Below are positions 47,491 through 56,771 of a stretch of 64,000 bases of DNA, piece by piece. The notes beneath the pieces are model-generated. The model was not told where the DNA came from and did no database searches. It saw nothing but the letters and a program-made list of their open reading frames with translations. The position numbers and the translations under genes were made by a program. The DNA is from Flavobacteriales bacterium (GTDB lineage: Bacteria; Bacteroidota; Bacteroidia; Palsa-965), in the NCBI GenBank assembly GCA_040377305.1, contig JBEIPA010000014.1:1-64000 (forward strand). Reading direction: 5' to 3'. Numbering within the stretch: position 1 is the stretch's first letter; each line of letters opens with the position of its first letter.

Positions 47491-48720
47491 TCAATATTGG
47501 CGGATAATCTTCATTCTTTCTCCCCCGCAATTCAGGATATAGACAGCGGGAATAAGCGGCGTGAGATCGATCGTTTCCTCACACGTGGGTAAAGTGCCTG
47601 AAAGAACTTGTTCACCCAACGCGTTTTCTAGCGTGAATGCTGTTCCTTCGGCACCATAGACAATAATAGAATCCTGTGTTTTTGCGGGATGAACCGCGAC
47701 TGAAATCCATGGCACAATCATGGGTTCCTCCACGTGATAATTTCTACGTGGATTTCTATACGATGAATAATTGTACCCGTAATAAGATTCACTTCTGCGA
47801 ACAGAAATTGTGTCAGAAATCTCAAGTTCCGCCAAGCCAACCGGCATAGAAATCTGAAGAACATGCCCATTCCCCAGTGCAACTTTTCGCGCCGATTCAT
47901 TCCCATGAAAGACCAAATCCATCAGTGCGTCTGTCATGCGGAATAATGTGTAGTGATCCATTGCGTCATAACAATGGAGTGTGTTGGGTGCAACATGATT
48001 GGCATCATACGCGTAATTTCCCGCGTCGGAAGAACGGATGTAAACCATGTCCTTTTCCTCTTTTGGAATACTGATGTTTCTGAAAATATCAATTGCCATC
48101 CGGTGATCACACACCGCATCTTCGTCATAAATGAAACTCAACAACCTGGTATTCTCCGGATAATTCTCCAGCTGCTGCTGTGAAATTGCGTACGAATACC
48201 ACTGTGCAGAAGTCACAATAAACCTGCCGTTGCTTCCCCAATTATCGTGTTTGAAAAAATCATAGGCAATAGCAAAACTCGCGCCACCACCGAATGAATG
48301 TCCAACAAAACCAATACGTGTTGTATCAATCAACCGCGGATAATTTTTTACTGCGTAACGAAATCCAGTGTTGAGATTGTGATAACGCGTAAGTGTAGGC
48401 TGCGAAGTTGGGGAAGGAACAAATACGACGGAATAACCTTTCGATACAATCAGGTTTATGAACGGACGATAACCGTATGGTGTATTCGCACCATTACCTC
48501 CGAGGAAAAATACAGTGGGAGCCGGTGCAGAAATATCCTTTGGAAAATAAACGAATGAAACAAAAGTAGAGTCGGCAGGATTCACGAACAACACCGAATC
48601 AACTGCATGTGTGCCGAATGATCCGTAACCCATTACCGGCGCTGGAACCGGACCCGTAAAGTATTGTGCAAAGCAAGAACCGTGCATCAACATCAGCAAT
48701 CCGAATACCAAGCATTTCAT
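47491..48720 (-). CDS. Secreted alpha/beta hydrolase (chlorophyllase/cutinase-like) with T9SS-like CTD
   Basis: IDTTRIGFVGHSFGGG nucleophile elbow; DEDAVCD; candidate His in ANH; C-terminal NALGEQV...AVYIL. Confidence 0.8.
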   Translation of the reverse strand: MKCLVFGLLMLMHGSCFAQYFTGPVPAPVMGYGSFGTHAVDSVLFVNPADSTFVSFVYFPKDISAPAPTVFFLGGNGANTPYGYRPFINLIVSKGYSVVFVPSPTSQPTLTRYHNLNTGFRYAVKNYPRLIDTTRIGFVGHSFGGGASFAIAYDFFKHDNWGSNGRFIVTSAQWYSYAISQQQLENYPENTRLLSFIYDEDAVCDHRMAIDIFRNISIPKEEKDMVYIRSSDAGNYAYDANHVAPNTLHCYDAMDHYTLFRMTDALMDLVFHGNESARKVALGNGHVLQISMPVGLAELEISDTISVRRSESYYGYNYSSYRNPRRNYHVEEPMIVPWISVAVHPAKTQDSIIVYGAEGTAFTLENALGEQVLSGTLPTCEETIDLTPLIPAVYILNCGGERMKIIRQY

Positions 48721-48813
48721 ATTTGTTAAACGTATTATTCGCAGGATCAATTCGGGATTTTCGTCCCGTGTCTATTCCCGATGTATAAGCGGACTGTTTA
48801 AGCGCACTGCTGG

Positions 48814-50037
48814 TCATTTCATAAAGCGGTATGTTGTTGCTCCGCATTGCAAAACATACAGTCCAGACGGTAAATACGCAATCGATATTTCAACACGTTC
48901 TGCTCTTGCATAATCTTCTGCAATAACCTGACCGAGTGCATTCACCAGACAATAAGTAGTGCCCGGATTGACATTTTTTATACAAATAAAATCACTGTAA
49001 GGTGTAACCACGGTGATCTCATGTTCTTCACCCGGCACAACAGTTGGAATTCCACAGTACATGTAACGTGGATTGCCCGGAACCGAACACGGATAACCAT
49101 AGCTGCCTTCCGCGTGCCATGCAGACAGTGTGTCACTCACCACGAGCGATTGAAGTCCAGGCGGCATGCTAATCTGCTGTACCGAGCCGTCACCCAGACA
49201 AACATTTCTCGCAGCGTTATTTTGGTTGAAGGTTAAATCCATCAACGCATCGAGTAACCGAAAAACCACATACGCATCCAACGCATCGTAAGTTGTTGTG
49301 TTTAATGCGGTGTGCGATGACTGATATGAATAGGACTGATACTGTGAAGATCTGACTAATACCATATCCTTATCAGCCGAAGGAATTCCAATGTGATTGA
49401 AAACGTCAATACCCATACGATGATCGCACACATTATCTTCATCATAGAAAATATTGAGAAGATAAGTCGCTGATGGAAATGTCTGGAGTTGCGGTTCGGA
49501 AATTAACAACGTGTAATGAGAAGCGACCGGCATGAGAAATCTTCCATTGCTTCCCCAGTTGAACATGGTGAATAAATCGTAGCTGATATAGTAGCACGCA
49601 GAACCTCCGAACGAGTGTCCGACAAATCCTACTCGCGTTGTGTCGATAATGTTCGGATAGTTGCGAGCTGCTTCTGTAAAGCCAATATACATCTGTGCGT
49701 AATCCATTACGGCATTACTTCCATCGTGCGGAGCAAACACACAGGCGAATCCTTTCGAAGCGATAAAGTGAAGCAACCAGCGACAGTATGCAGGACTTTC
49801 TCCGTTAAGTCCGTGCAGAAAAAATACGGTTGGGATCGCACTGTTTGTTCCCTGCGGGTAATAAATGAGGGATGTGTCGGTTCCGTTTCCGGCATTATAA
49901 AATTCTATGGAATCGACCTGATGGGAACCCCAGGCGCCGTAACCAGACGTCGGTGCAGCAATAGGACCGCTATAAAGTTGGGCATGCAAAAAGATTGTGG
50001 CACAAATTGACGACAAAGTCAATAGAAAACTCTTCAT
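48814..50037 (-). CDS. Secreted alpha/beta hydrolase, tandem paralog, with T9SS-like CTD
   Basis: VFFLHG; IDTTRVGFVGHSFGG; DEDNVCDHRM; NALGQVI...LPSGLYVL. Confidence 0.8.
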   Translation of the reverse strand: MKSFLLTLSSICATIFLHAQLYSGPIAAPTSGYGAWGSHQVDSIEFYNAGNGTDTSLIYYPQGTNSAIPTVFFLHGLNGESPAYCRWLLHFIASKGFACVFAPHDGSNAVMDYAQMYIGFTEAARNYPNIIDTTRVGFVGHSFGGSACYYISYDLFTMFNWGSNGRFLMPVASHYTLLISEPQLQTFPSATYLLNIFYDEDNVCDHRMGIDVFNHIGIPSADKDMVLVRSSQYQSYSYQSSHTALNTTTYDALDAYVVFRLLDALMDLTFNQNNAARNVCLGDGSVQQISMPPGLQSLVVSDTLSAWHAEGSYGYPCSVPGNPRYMYCGIPTVVPGEEHEITVVTPYSDFICIKNVNPGTTYCLVNALGQVIAEDYARAERVEISIAYLPSGLYVLQCGATTYRFMK

Positions 50038-50113
50038 TCTTCTCGTTCTGGTTTCCGGATATGCTAAGCTAATCTATTGATTTTGCCCCACACAAGATCC
50101 ATTCAACAACAAT

Positions 50114-50707
50114 CTACTGCAGATTATCCGTTGGGAGAAAGAATGAGTCTGCAGAAATCGTGTCGCTTTCATCCATGAGAATGAAAGATAAATCGTAGTA
50201 ATACACATTCAGCTTACCATAGCCATAACCCATTTCTTCAACGAGTTCAACGCGGGCAGGACGTTTTCCGTTTTTGATTTCCCAGGTGAGCGCCACGCCA
50301 TCATCTGTGGCAGGTCCAAAACGATCTGTGAAATATGATGTGATGTCGGTATACCACTCTGTTGCTGTTTCTTCATCCATCAAATAGATGTCGAGCGTAA
50401 GTGCGTACAATCCTGCTGAATCAAATTCGCAATCCCAGGTGAAATGTTTCTGTTCATCAAAACGCCCTTCAACGAGCAGGTAGTCCACATCTTCTTCGGT
50501 TATACTATCGCCCGGGGCGAGCATTTTCTTTATCTCCTCTTTCGACATGCCAAGTGAAATGCCGTGAAATAAAGAATCGTCGCTGTAGAATATTTTCTGA
50601 ACGAGTGGTGTGTGCGTTAAGAGCAATTTGTTGTTCACTTCCGGTTCGCTTGAACACGACGCCAGCAGTATAACGCTCAAAAGACTGCTATATAGAAACG
50701 TTCTCAT
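50114..50707 (-). CDS. Hypothetical lipoprotein
   Basis: Lipobox LASC; FHGISLGMSKEEI; -7 box at 50715. Confidence 0.75.
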   Translation of the reverse strand: MRTFLYSSLLSVILLASCSSEPEVNNKLLLTHTPLVQKIFYSDDSLFHGISLGMSKEEIKKMLAPGDSITEEDVDYLLVEGRFDEQKHFTWDCEFDSAGLYALTLDIYLMDEETATEWYTDITSYFTDRFGPATDDGVALTWEIKNGKRPARVELVEEMGYGYGKLNVYYYDLSFILMDESDTISADSFFLPTDNLQ

Positions 50708-50736
50708 TCCGCCTCAAAGGTACGCAAGATGTGCCG

Positions 50737-51242
50737 ATGTGCCGATATGCCGATGTGCCAATATGCCGATGAATGAAACAATGAATCAATCAAATGTGCT
50801 ATCTAGTTTTCTGAACCTCCTTTTGCACTAACGATGATTTTGTTCAACACTTTGTTAATTGACTTAAGGTCCGTTTGTAAATCTCCCGGATCCGGCAATT
50901 CAGGCGACTGCGCACATAATTTTAACCAAAATGCAGTTTCATCTCCTTCTTTGGCCGCAATCTTCATCTTATGAATGAAATCCTTTTTGCTTTCCGCATT
51001 TTGAGCTTCACTTACGTTGGCACCAATCGAAGTGCCGGAATCAAATAGTTGTTGGGCCATGGAGCTTATCCCAGCTTTTTTCACCTCGAGGTGAAATGAA
51101 ATTATTTTCACCGCAAATTTTTCGGTTAGTTCTACAATTAGGTTTCCTTTTTCCATAAAATAATAAAGTTGAATGAGTAAATATTAAAACATCAAATCGG
51201 TAAATTCAATCGGCATATTGGCACATCGGCATATCGGCACAT
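50737..51242. mobile_element. Putative cassette: four-helix-bundle gene bounded by perfect 34-bp inverted repeats made of octamers
   Basis: 50737-50770 ATGTGCCGATATGCCGATGTGCCAATATGCCGAT is the exact reverse complement of 51209-51242; mobility is inferred, not shown. Confidence 0.55.
50803..51156 (-). CDS. Four helix bundle protein (TIGR02436 / 23S rRNA IVP / Avd-like family)
   Basis: FAVKII...QQLFDSGTSIGANVSEAQNAESKKDFIHKMKIAAKEGDETAFWL signature. Confidence 0.93.
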   Translation of the reverse strand: MEKGNLIVELTEKFAVKIISFHLEVKKAGISSMAQQLFDSGTSIGANVSEAQNAESKKDFIHKMKIAAKEGDETAFWLKLCAQSPELPDPGDLQTDLKSINKVLNKIIVSAKGGSEN

Positions 51243-51266
51243 AATTCAGGTTGTAGTAAAGGTTAG

Positions 51267-51989
51267 TTACTCCGTAATTACGCAAGCTTTTGAGTCGAGT
51301 AAAACCTCACCACGAAATCGTCGAAGCACTTGCGCCACAGTAAAAACATCCTTCTGACAGTAAGTAACAATACGTGGAAGATTTTTCTCCGTGTAGTAAA
51401 CATGCGCGACCATACTGCCGTCTATATCATCTTTCGGCGTTGGGATTCCCAATGAAGCAGCGAGCAACACAAGCGAAGTATAACTCTTGTAATCGCCGAA
51501 CTTCCAAAGCTCCATGGTGTCGAGGTGCGGAATCTCCCATGGCTTTTTGCCGGCGATATCGAGCATATTCGGCAGCTGCACACTGTTAATGATCATACGT
51601 CGTGCGATGAATGGAATGTCGAATTCCTTAATGTTGTGGCCGCATAAACGATGTTCCGGACGAGCGTAATGTTTGCGCAGAAGATTTGCGAAATCAGTAA
51701 GCAGAATTTTTTCATCGTCGCCTGCGAACGATTTCATGCGGAAGGTCTGGCTGCCGTCTGTCCACGATAGTATACCCACCGTAATGCAGATTATCTTTCC
51801 GAACTCGGCGTAAATTCCAGCGCGACCGTATAACGACTGCGCGGTTTCATCCTCATTGCGGCGCAACGTTTCTGCTTTTTTGTTCCACAGCGCTTGCCAT
51901 GATTCGGGCACGGAATTGTAGTCGGGATAAAGAGGGACGGTCTCAATGTCGATAAATAAGACGTTCTCGGGATTGATTTGCTGGTACAT
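51267..51989 (-). CDS. Predicted 3'-5' exonuclease (PolB-exonuclease-like)
   Basis: LFIDIETVP (ExoI), CGHNIKEFDIPF (ExoII), YCQKDV (ExoIII). Confidence 0.9.
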   Translation of the reverse strand: MYQQINPENVLFIDIETVPLYPDYNSVPESWQALWNKKAETLRRNEDETAQSLYGRAGIYAEFGKIICITVGILSWTDGSQTFRMKSFAGDDEKILLTDFANLLRKHYARPEHRLCGHNIKEFDIPFIARRMIINSVQLPNMLDIAGKKPWEIPHLDTMELWKFGDYKSYTSLVLLAASLGIPTPKDDIDGSMVAHVYYTEKNLPRIVTYCQKDVFTVAQVLRRFRGEVLLDSKACVITE

Positions 51990-52070
51990 AAATCAGTTAT
52001 GATTGGAGGTTTGTAATTTGAGATTTTCACCGCAAAGCAAATAAACAGGGTTCGAATTAGCCGTACAACA

Positions 52071-52154
52071 AACGTTTATAGTCGTTTGTAAGTACTTGTA
52101 AGCGTTTGTAAGTACTTGTAAACGTTTGTAAGCATTTGTAAACGTTTGTAAACG
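52071..52154. repeat. 10-bp tandem repeat (ARCGTTTGTA-like) x8
   Basis: AACGTTTATA GTCGTTTGTA AGTACTTGTA AGCGTTTGTA AGTACTTGTA AACGTTTGTA AGCATTTGTA AACGTTTGTA AACG. Confidence 0.9.
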
Positions 52155-52277
52155 GCTAGCGTCCGAAGTGCATTTGGCGACAATTTCGAGTAAATAATAC
52201 CAGATTCGGCGAAATATCCCCGTTTTTATCCCTTCGCCCGACTCCCGACTCCCATCTCTTTCGTATTTTTATCCTCT

Positions 52278-54386
52278 ATGGAAAAATTCCATGAGAACCG
52301 TGCCGGCGCCCCCTCGCCGGGCGTGTTGTTGGACATCCGCAATCTCGTTACTGAATTCCGCACCGATAGCGAAGCGGTCAAAGCCGTGAATGATGTTTCA
52401 TTCCAGGTGAAGGCCGGTGAAACGGTTGGTATTGTGGGAGAATCAGGCTCGGGCAAGTCAGTAACTTCTTTGTCGGTGATGGGACTCATTCCTAATCCTC
52501 CGGGAGAAGTGACTGGTGGTGAAATCATTTACAATTCACGCGAAGATGGTCCGGTAGATCTTACCAAGCTTTCTGAAAAACAAAAAAGAAAATACCGCGG
52601 GAATGAAATCGCGATGATTTTTCAGGAGCCAATGACTTCTCTTAACCCTGTTTTCACATGCGGCGAACAGGTAATGGAAGCAATTCTCCGCCATAAAAAA
52701 TATCCGAACCCGAAGAGAAGCGACGGCTTCAAAACATTTATTGCAAACTGGATTGTTCAGTTCTGCGTGTTCATTGCAATTTCTATTCTCGCATACAGTT
52801 GGGCAACGGCTCCGGGGAAAAATGCTCCGCCTGAAGTACAGGAGCAAGCGGTAATCGTTTCTCTCATTCTCGATTCTATCGTACTCGCCTTCTTTGTTGC
52901 GTTGGTTATTGTATATAATTACCGCAGGCACAAAATGGGCATACGCAACGGACTCCGCTTCTATTCTCCGGCAGAAAAGAAAGCGAGAGAAATTACCATG
53001 CGCCTGTTCGAGCAGGTAAAGCTTCCCGATCCGAAACGAATTTTCGAAGCATATCCGCACCAGATTTCCGGCGGACAAAAACAGCGCGTGATGATTGCAA
53101 TGGCCATGTCGTGCAATCCACAGTTGCTTATTGCGGACGAACCAACAACTGCACTCGACGTTACCGTTCAGAAAACAATTCTGGAGTTGATGAAAGATCT
53201 GCAGGCTGAACACAACATGTCCATTATGTTCATCACGCACGATCTGGGTGTAATTGCAGAACTCGCCGATCGCGTGATGGTGATGTACAAAGGAAAAATT
53301 GTGGAGCAGGGAACGGTACTCGAGATCTTCTCTAATCCGCAGCACCCATATACCAAGAGTCTGCTTGCCTGTCGTCCTCCGCTCACTCGTCGTTTGCATT
53401 GGTTGCCAACAGTTAGTGATTTCATGCGCACTGACGAAATGGGAAACATTATTCAGAACGAACAATCGGTTCACGAAGTAACATACAATCTCGTTGTTAC
53501 TGAACAGGAGCGCCGCATGCAACACCAGCAACTTTATTCGAAAGAGCCGGTGCTGAGCGTGAAAAATATTGAGACACATTTCGTCACGAGCAAAAACATC
53601 TTCGGCAAACCAATTAAAGTAGTGAAGGCTGTAGACAATGTTTCTTTCGACGTTTACCCGGGAGAAACACTGGGCCTCGTTGGAGAATCGGGTTGCGGGA
53701 AAACAACTCTGGGTCGATCTATTTTACGATTGATTGAGCCAACCGGCGGACAAGTGCTTTATCAGGGAAAAGACATCACAAAGCTGTCCGCAAACGATCT
53801 GCGTGCAATGCGCAAGGACATTCAGTTTATTTTTCAGGATCCGTACTCATCGCTTAATCCGCGTATCACTATTGGTAATGCCATTATGGAACCAATGCGT
53901 GTACATAACATCGGGAAAGATGAACGCGAACGGAAACAGATTGTGCTCGATCTGCTCAAGCGTGTGAACATGAATCCTTCACACTTTTATCGTTATCCGC
54001 ATGAATTCTCTGGCGGTCAGCGACAGCGTATTTGTATTGCGCGGGCGTTAGCATTGAATCCGAAGTTCATCATCTGCGATGAAATGGTTTCTGCACTCGA
54101 CGTTTCTGTACAGGCGCAGGTATTGAATCTTCTCAACGAGCTCAAGAAAGAATTCGGTTTCACATACATCTTCATCTCTCACGATCTCTCAGTAGTTAAA
54201 TTCATGAGCGATCGTATGGTGGTGATGCAGGAAGGAAAAATTGAAGAGATGGGCGATGCTGATGCGATTTGTGATAATCCACAGCGGGAATACACACAGA
54301 AGCTCATCAACGCAATTCCGAAAGGTGAGTTGGACGATATCCGCGCAAGCATGTCGCAGAAGCGGATGCGTGAACAGGCTTTCTGA
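52278..54386 (+). CDS. Fused double-NBD ABC ATPase of the oligopeptide/dipeptide type, with a hydrophobic insertion
   Basis: Walker A GESGSGKS and GESGCGKT; signatures ISGGQKQR and FSGGQRQR; NPQHPYT; about 88-aa insertion in NBD1. Confidence 0.92.
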   Translation: MEKFHENRAGAPSPGVLLDIRNLVTEFRTDSEAVKAVNDVSFQVKAGETVGIVGESGSGKSVTSLSVMGLIPNPPGEVTGGEIIYNSREDGPVDLTKLSEKQKRKYRGNEIAMIFQEPMTSLNPVFTCGEQVMEAILRHKKYPNPKRSDGFKTFIANWIVQFCVFIAISILAYSWATAPGKNAPPEVQEQAVIVSLILDSIVLAFFVALVIVYNYRRHKMGIRNGLRFYSPAEKKAREITMRLFEQVKLPDPKRIFEAYPHQISGGQKQRVMIAMAMSCNPQLLIADEPTTALDVTVQKTILELMKDLQAEHNMSIMFITHDLGVIAELADRVMVMYKGKIVEQGTVLEIFSNPQHPYTKSLLACRPPLTRRLHWLPTVSDFMRTDEMGNIIQNEQSVHEVTYNLVVTEQERRMQHQQLYSKEPVLSVKNIETHFVTSKNIFGKPIKVVKAVDNVSFDVYPGETLGLVGESGCGKTTLGRSILRLIEPTGGQVLYQGKDITKLSANDLRAMRKDIQFIFQDPYSSLNPRITIGNAIMEPMRVHNIGKDERERKQIVLDLLKRVNMNPSHFYRYPHEFSGGQRQRICIARALALNPKFIICDEMVSALDVSVQAQVLNLLNELKKEFGFTYIFISHDLSVVKFMSDRMVVMQEGKIEEMGDADAICDNPQREYTQKLINAIPKGELDDIRASMSQKRMREQAF

Positions 54387-54440
54387 TGATTCAGTGATCC
54401 AATGATGCGATACTGCAATCCCCACATCGCATTTGAATCA
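54386..54440. repeat. Short inverted octamer-repeat element
   Basis: ATGATTCA-GTGATCCA-ATGATGCG-AT ... ATCGCATT-TGAATCA; begins in the stop codon. Confidence 0.6.
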
Positions 54441-54448
54441 AGTATTCT

Positions 54449-55894
54449 ATGGACTTAGATTCCCCTTCATCCGCCAATCATCAGATCGCAAGATTAGCGA
54501 ATCGCTTTGTGCGTCCGTTTTTCGCGGTAGCGTTCGTGCTGATGGTGATTGTTTCTATGATGAGTGAAGCAATCTACGATACCGGCGATGGAATAATGCA
54601 CTACCAGATTGCACGTTGGTCGTGGACACATCCGGAACTACTGTTGCATCACTGGGGAAAACCATTTTTCACGCTGCTGTGTTCTCCATTCGCTCAGTTC
54701 GGATACAAAGGAGCTGTGTTCTTCAATGTTCTTTGTCATGTCGGAGCTGCATGGCTCACATGGCGCATTGCAGATCGTATGAAGCTGCCGTATTCGTACC
54801 TCGCCGGACCGCTACTCATTTTCGCGCCACTCTCCTGGGGCGTTGCACAAAGCGGATTGACCGAACCACTTTTTGCATTGACGCTGATGGCCGGAATTTA
54901 CTACATCATCGGCGGAAGAAACACAGTTGCCGCAGTCATCATTTCACTTCTGCCATTTGCGCGCACGGAAGGATTTCTCATTGCACCCTTGTTCGGATTG
55001 TTCTTTCTCCTTCGAAAGGATTATCTCTCCATGTGTTTGCTTGCTTCCGGAACTGTACTGTACTCGCTGATCGGCGGACTATTTTTTCACCACGACTTTC
55101 TCTGGATCATGCATCAGAATCCTTACGTCGGAGAAGCGGCATACGGACACGGAAATTTATTTCACTTCGTTGCGAACAATGAATTTTTGTTCGGGTGGTC
55201 AATAACGGCACTCGTCGTTCTCGGCTTAATTACTATTCCATTGCGACGTTTTTTTGTGCCCCGCCATTCACTCGCTGAAATCACTCTTGTCTTCTGCACC
55301 TTCCTCGTGTTCTTTATTGCGCATTCCATTTTCTGGTGGAAAGGAATTTTTGGCTCGTACGGACTGCTGCGCGTAGTTGCCTGTGTACTTCCTTGTGCGG
55401 TTCTCATTTCCATTCGCGGATTGCAATTGCTCACCTGGCCGATTTATCAGCGGAAAACTGCTGTGATCATCGTGTCTACCATTATCGTCGGTCTCACAAT
55501 CTTCAACACGATGAATCAGCGCGGGTTGGTAATGAAAGCAGACGAAAGACAACGTGCTGCGGAAGAAGTTGCGCGTGAGATCAAAGAACTCAAACTCGAA
55601 TCGCGTTTGATGTATTGTAGTCATCCCATTATGGCTCATCTGCTACAAAAAGATCCATTCGATCTCACGCAATGCAAACATCTTTATGAACTTAGAAATG
55701 CATATCCGCAATCTGAATCCATTATAGTTTGGGATGCGAATTTTGGCGGAATAGAATTTACGGATATTGGGAAATGGAGTGTAGATATCGGGCGCATGGA
55801 CGAGGTCATCACAATTGTTGCCCCTGATGATTCACAGAAAGTTCTCTGGCGTGTATATTACAGACCACAAGTTGATACGACACTGGGGATTTGA
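54449..55894 (+). CDS. Multi-TM GT-C-like glycosyltransferase
   Basis: Acidic first loop DTGDGIMHY; HWGKP; LTEPLF; ARTEG; about 11 TM. Confidence 0.65.
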   Translation: MDLDSPSSANHQIARLANRFVRPFFAVAFVLMVIVSMMSEAIYDTGDGIMHYQIARWSWTHPELLLHHWGKPFFTLLCSPFAQFGYKGAVFFNVLCHVGAAWLTWRIADRMKLPYSYLAGPLLIFAPLSWGVAQSGLTEPLFALTLMAGIYYIIGGRNTVAAVIISLLPFARTEGFLIAPLFGLFFLLRKDYLSMCLLASGTVLYSLIGGLFFHHDFLWIMHQNPYVGEAAYGHGNLFHFVANNEFLFGWSITALVVLGLITIPLRRFFVPRHSLAEITLVFCTFLVFFIAHSIFWWKGIFGSYGLLRVVACVLPCAVLISIRGLQLLTWPIYQRKTAVIIVSTIIVGLTIFNTMNQRGLVMKADERQRAAEEVAREIKELKLESRLMYCSHPIMAHLLQKDPFDLTQCKHLYELRNAYPQSESIIVWDANFGGIEFTDIGKWSVDIGRMDEVITIVAPDDSQKVLWRVYYRPQVDTTLGI

Positions 55895-56013
55895 AACTCC
55901 AATAATTCGTTTTGATTGCGCCGTACTGCCGGTTGGGTCTCTCGCGATTAAAACTAAAACTTTTCGCCGTGCTCGCCGTGTCTCCGTGGTAGCCCGCGGC
56001 AGGCGGCCAGAAG

Positions 56014-56742
56014 TTACTTCTTAAACTTCGTATCGAAGATATTGTAGCGCAGAATGCAATAGATCGCACGGAATCCATCTTTCCAACCAATCTTCTTTCC
56101 TTCTTCATACGTGCGGCCGTAATAAGAAATCCCAACTTCGTAAATGCGCACTTTTTCAACGCGTGAAATTTTCGCAGTTACTTCAGGTTCGAAGCCAAAA
56201 CGATTTTCTTTCAGCAAAAGACTCTGCACCATTTTCGCATTGAAGAGCTTGTAACATGTTTCCATATCTGTAAGGTTCAGATTGGTAAACATGTTTGAAA
56301 GAAAAGTCAGGAATTTATTTCCGATCGTGTGCCAGAAGAAAAGTACGCGGTGTGGTTTTCCGCCCATGAAGCGTGAACCGAAAACAACATCGGCGAATCC
56401 GTCGAGAATTGGTTTCAACAAAATATTGTATTCATTCGGATCATATTCCAGATCGGCATCCTGAATGATGATGTAGTCGCCCGTTGCAATTTCAATTCCC
56501 TTGTGAAGTGCAGCACCCTTGCCCATGTTGTATGGCTGGTTGAACAAACGAATGCCTGCTTCCGGATGCTCTGCAATGTATTTCTCCACTACCGCTTGCG
56601 TGTCGTCCTTGGATGAATCGTTCACAATCAGGATTTCCTTTTGTATACCGCCGATCAGATTCACTTCTAAAACCTTGTTCAGGATGAAGTGAATAGTTCG
56701 TGCTTCGTTATAGGCAGGAATTACGATGGAAAGTTTTTGCAT
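56014..56742 (-). CDS. GT2 glycosyltransferase (polyprenol-phosphate sugar synthase/Dpm1-like)
   Basis: [49 protein letters not shown]. Confidence 0.92.
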   Translation of the reverse strand: MQKLSIVIPAYNEARTIHFILNKVLEVNLIGGIQKEILIVNDSSKDDTQAVVEKYIAEHPEAGIRLFNQPYNMGKGAALHKGIEIATGDYIIIQDADLEYDPNEYNILLKPILDGFADVVFGSRFMGGKPHRVLFFWHTIGNKFLTFLSNMFTNLNLTDMETCYKLFNAKMVQSLLLKENRFGFEPEVTAKISRVEKVRIYEVGISYYGRTYEEGKKIGWKDGFRAIYCILRYNIFDTKFKK

Positions 56743-56771
56743 AACAGAGTCCAAAAGTACTGTTTTTGGTC

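Noticed and set aside
50803-51156. 23S rRNA gene with intervening sequence
   Set aside because: Flanks are protein-coding genes; no rRNA sequence is present.
50737-51242. Classical IS element
   Set aside because: The enclosed ORF has no DDE, HUH or recombinase motifs and I found no target-site duplication; kept only as an atypical cassette hypothesis.
52071-52154. Possible CRISPR array
   Set aside because: 10-bp units with no spacers and no cas genes; the other repeat elements also lack repeat-spacer structure.
52536-53579. 347-aa minus-strand ORF
   Set aside because: Antisense shadow of the ABC ATPase.
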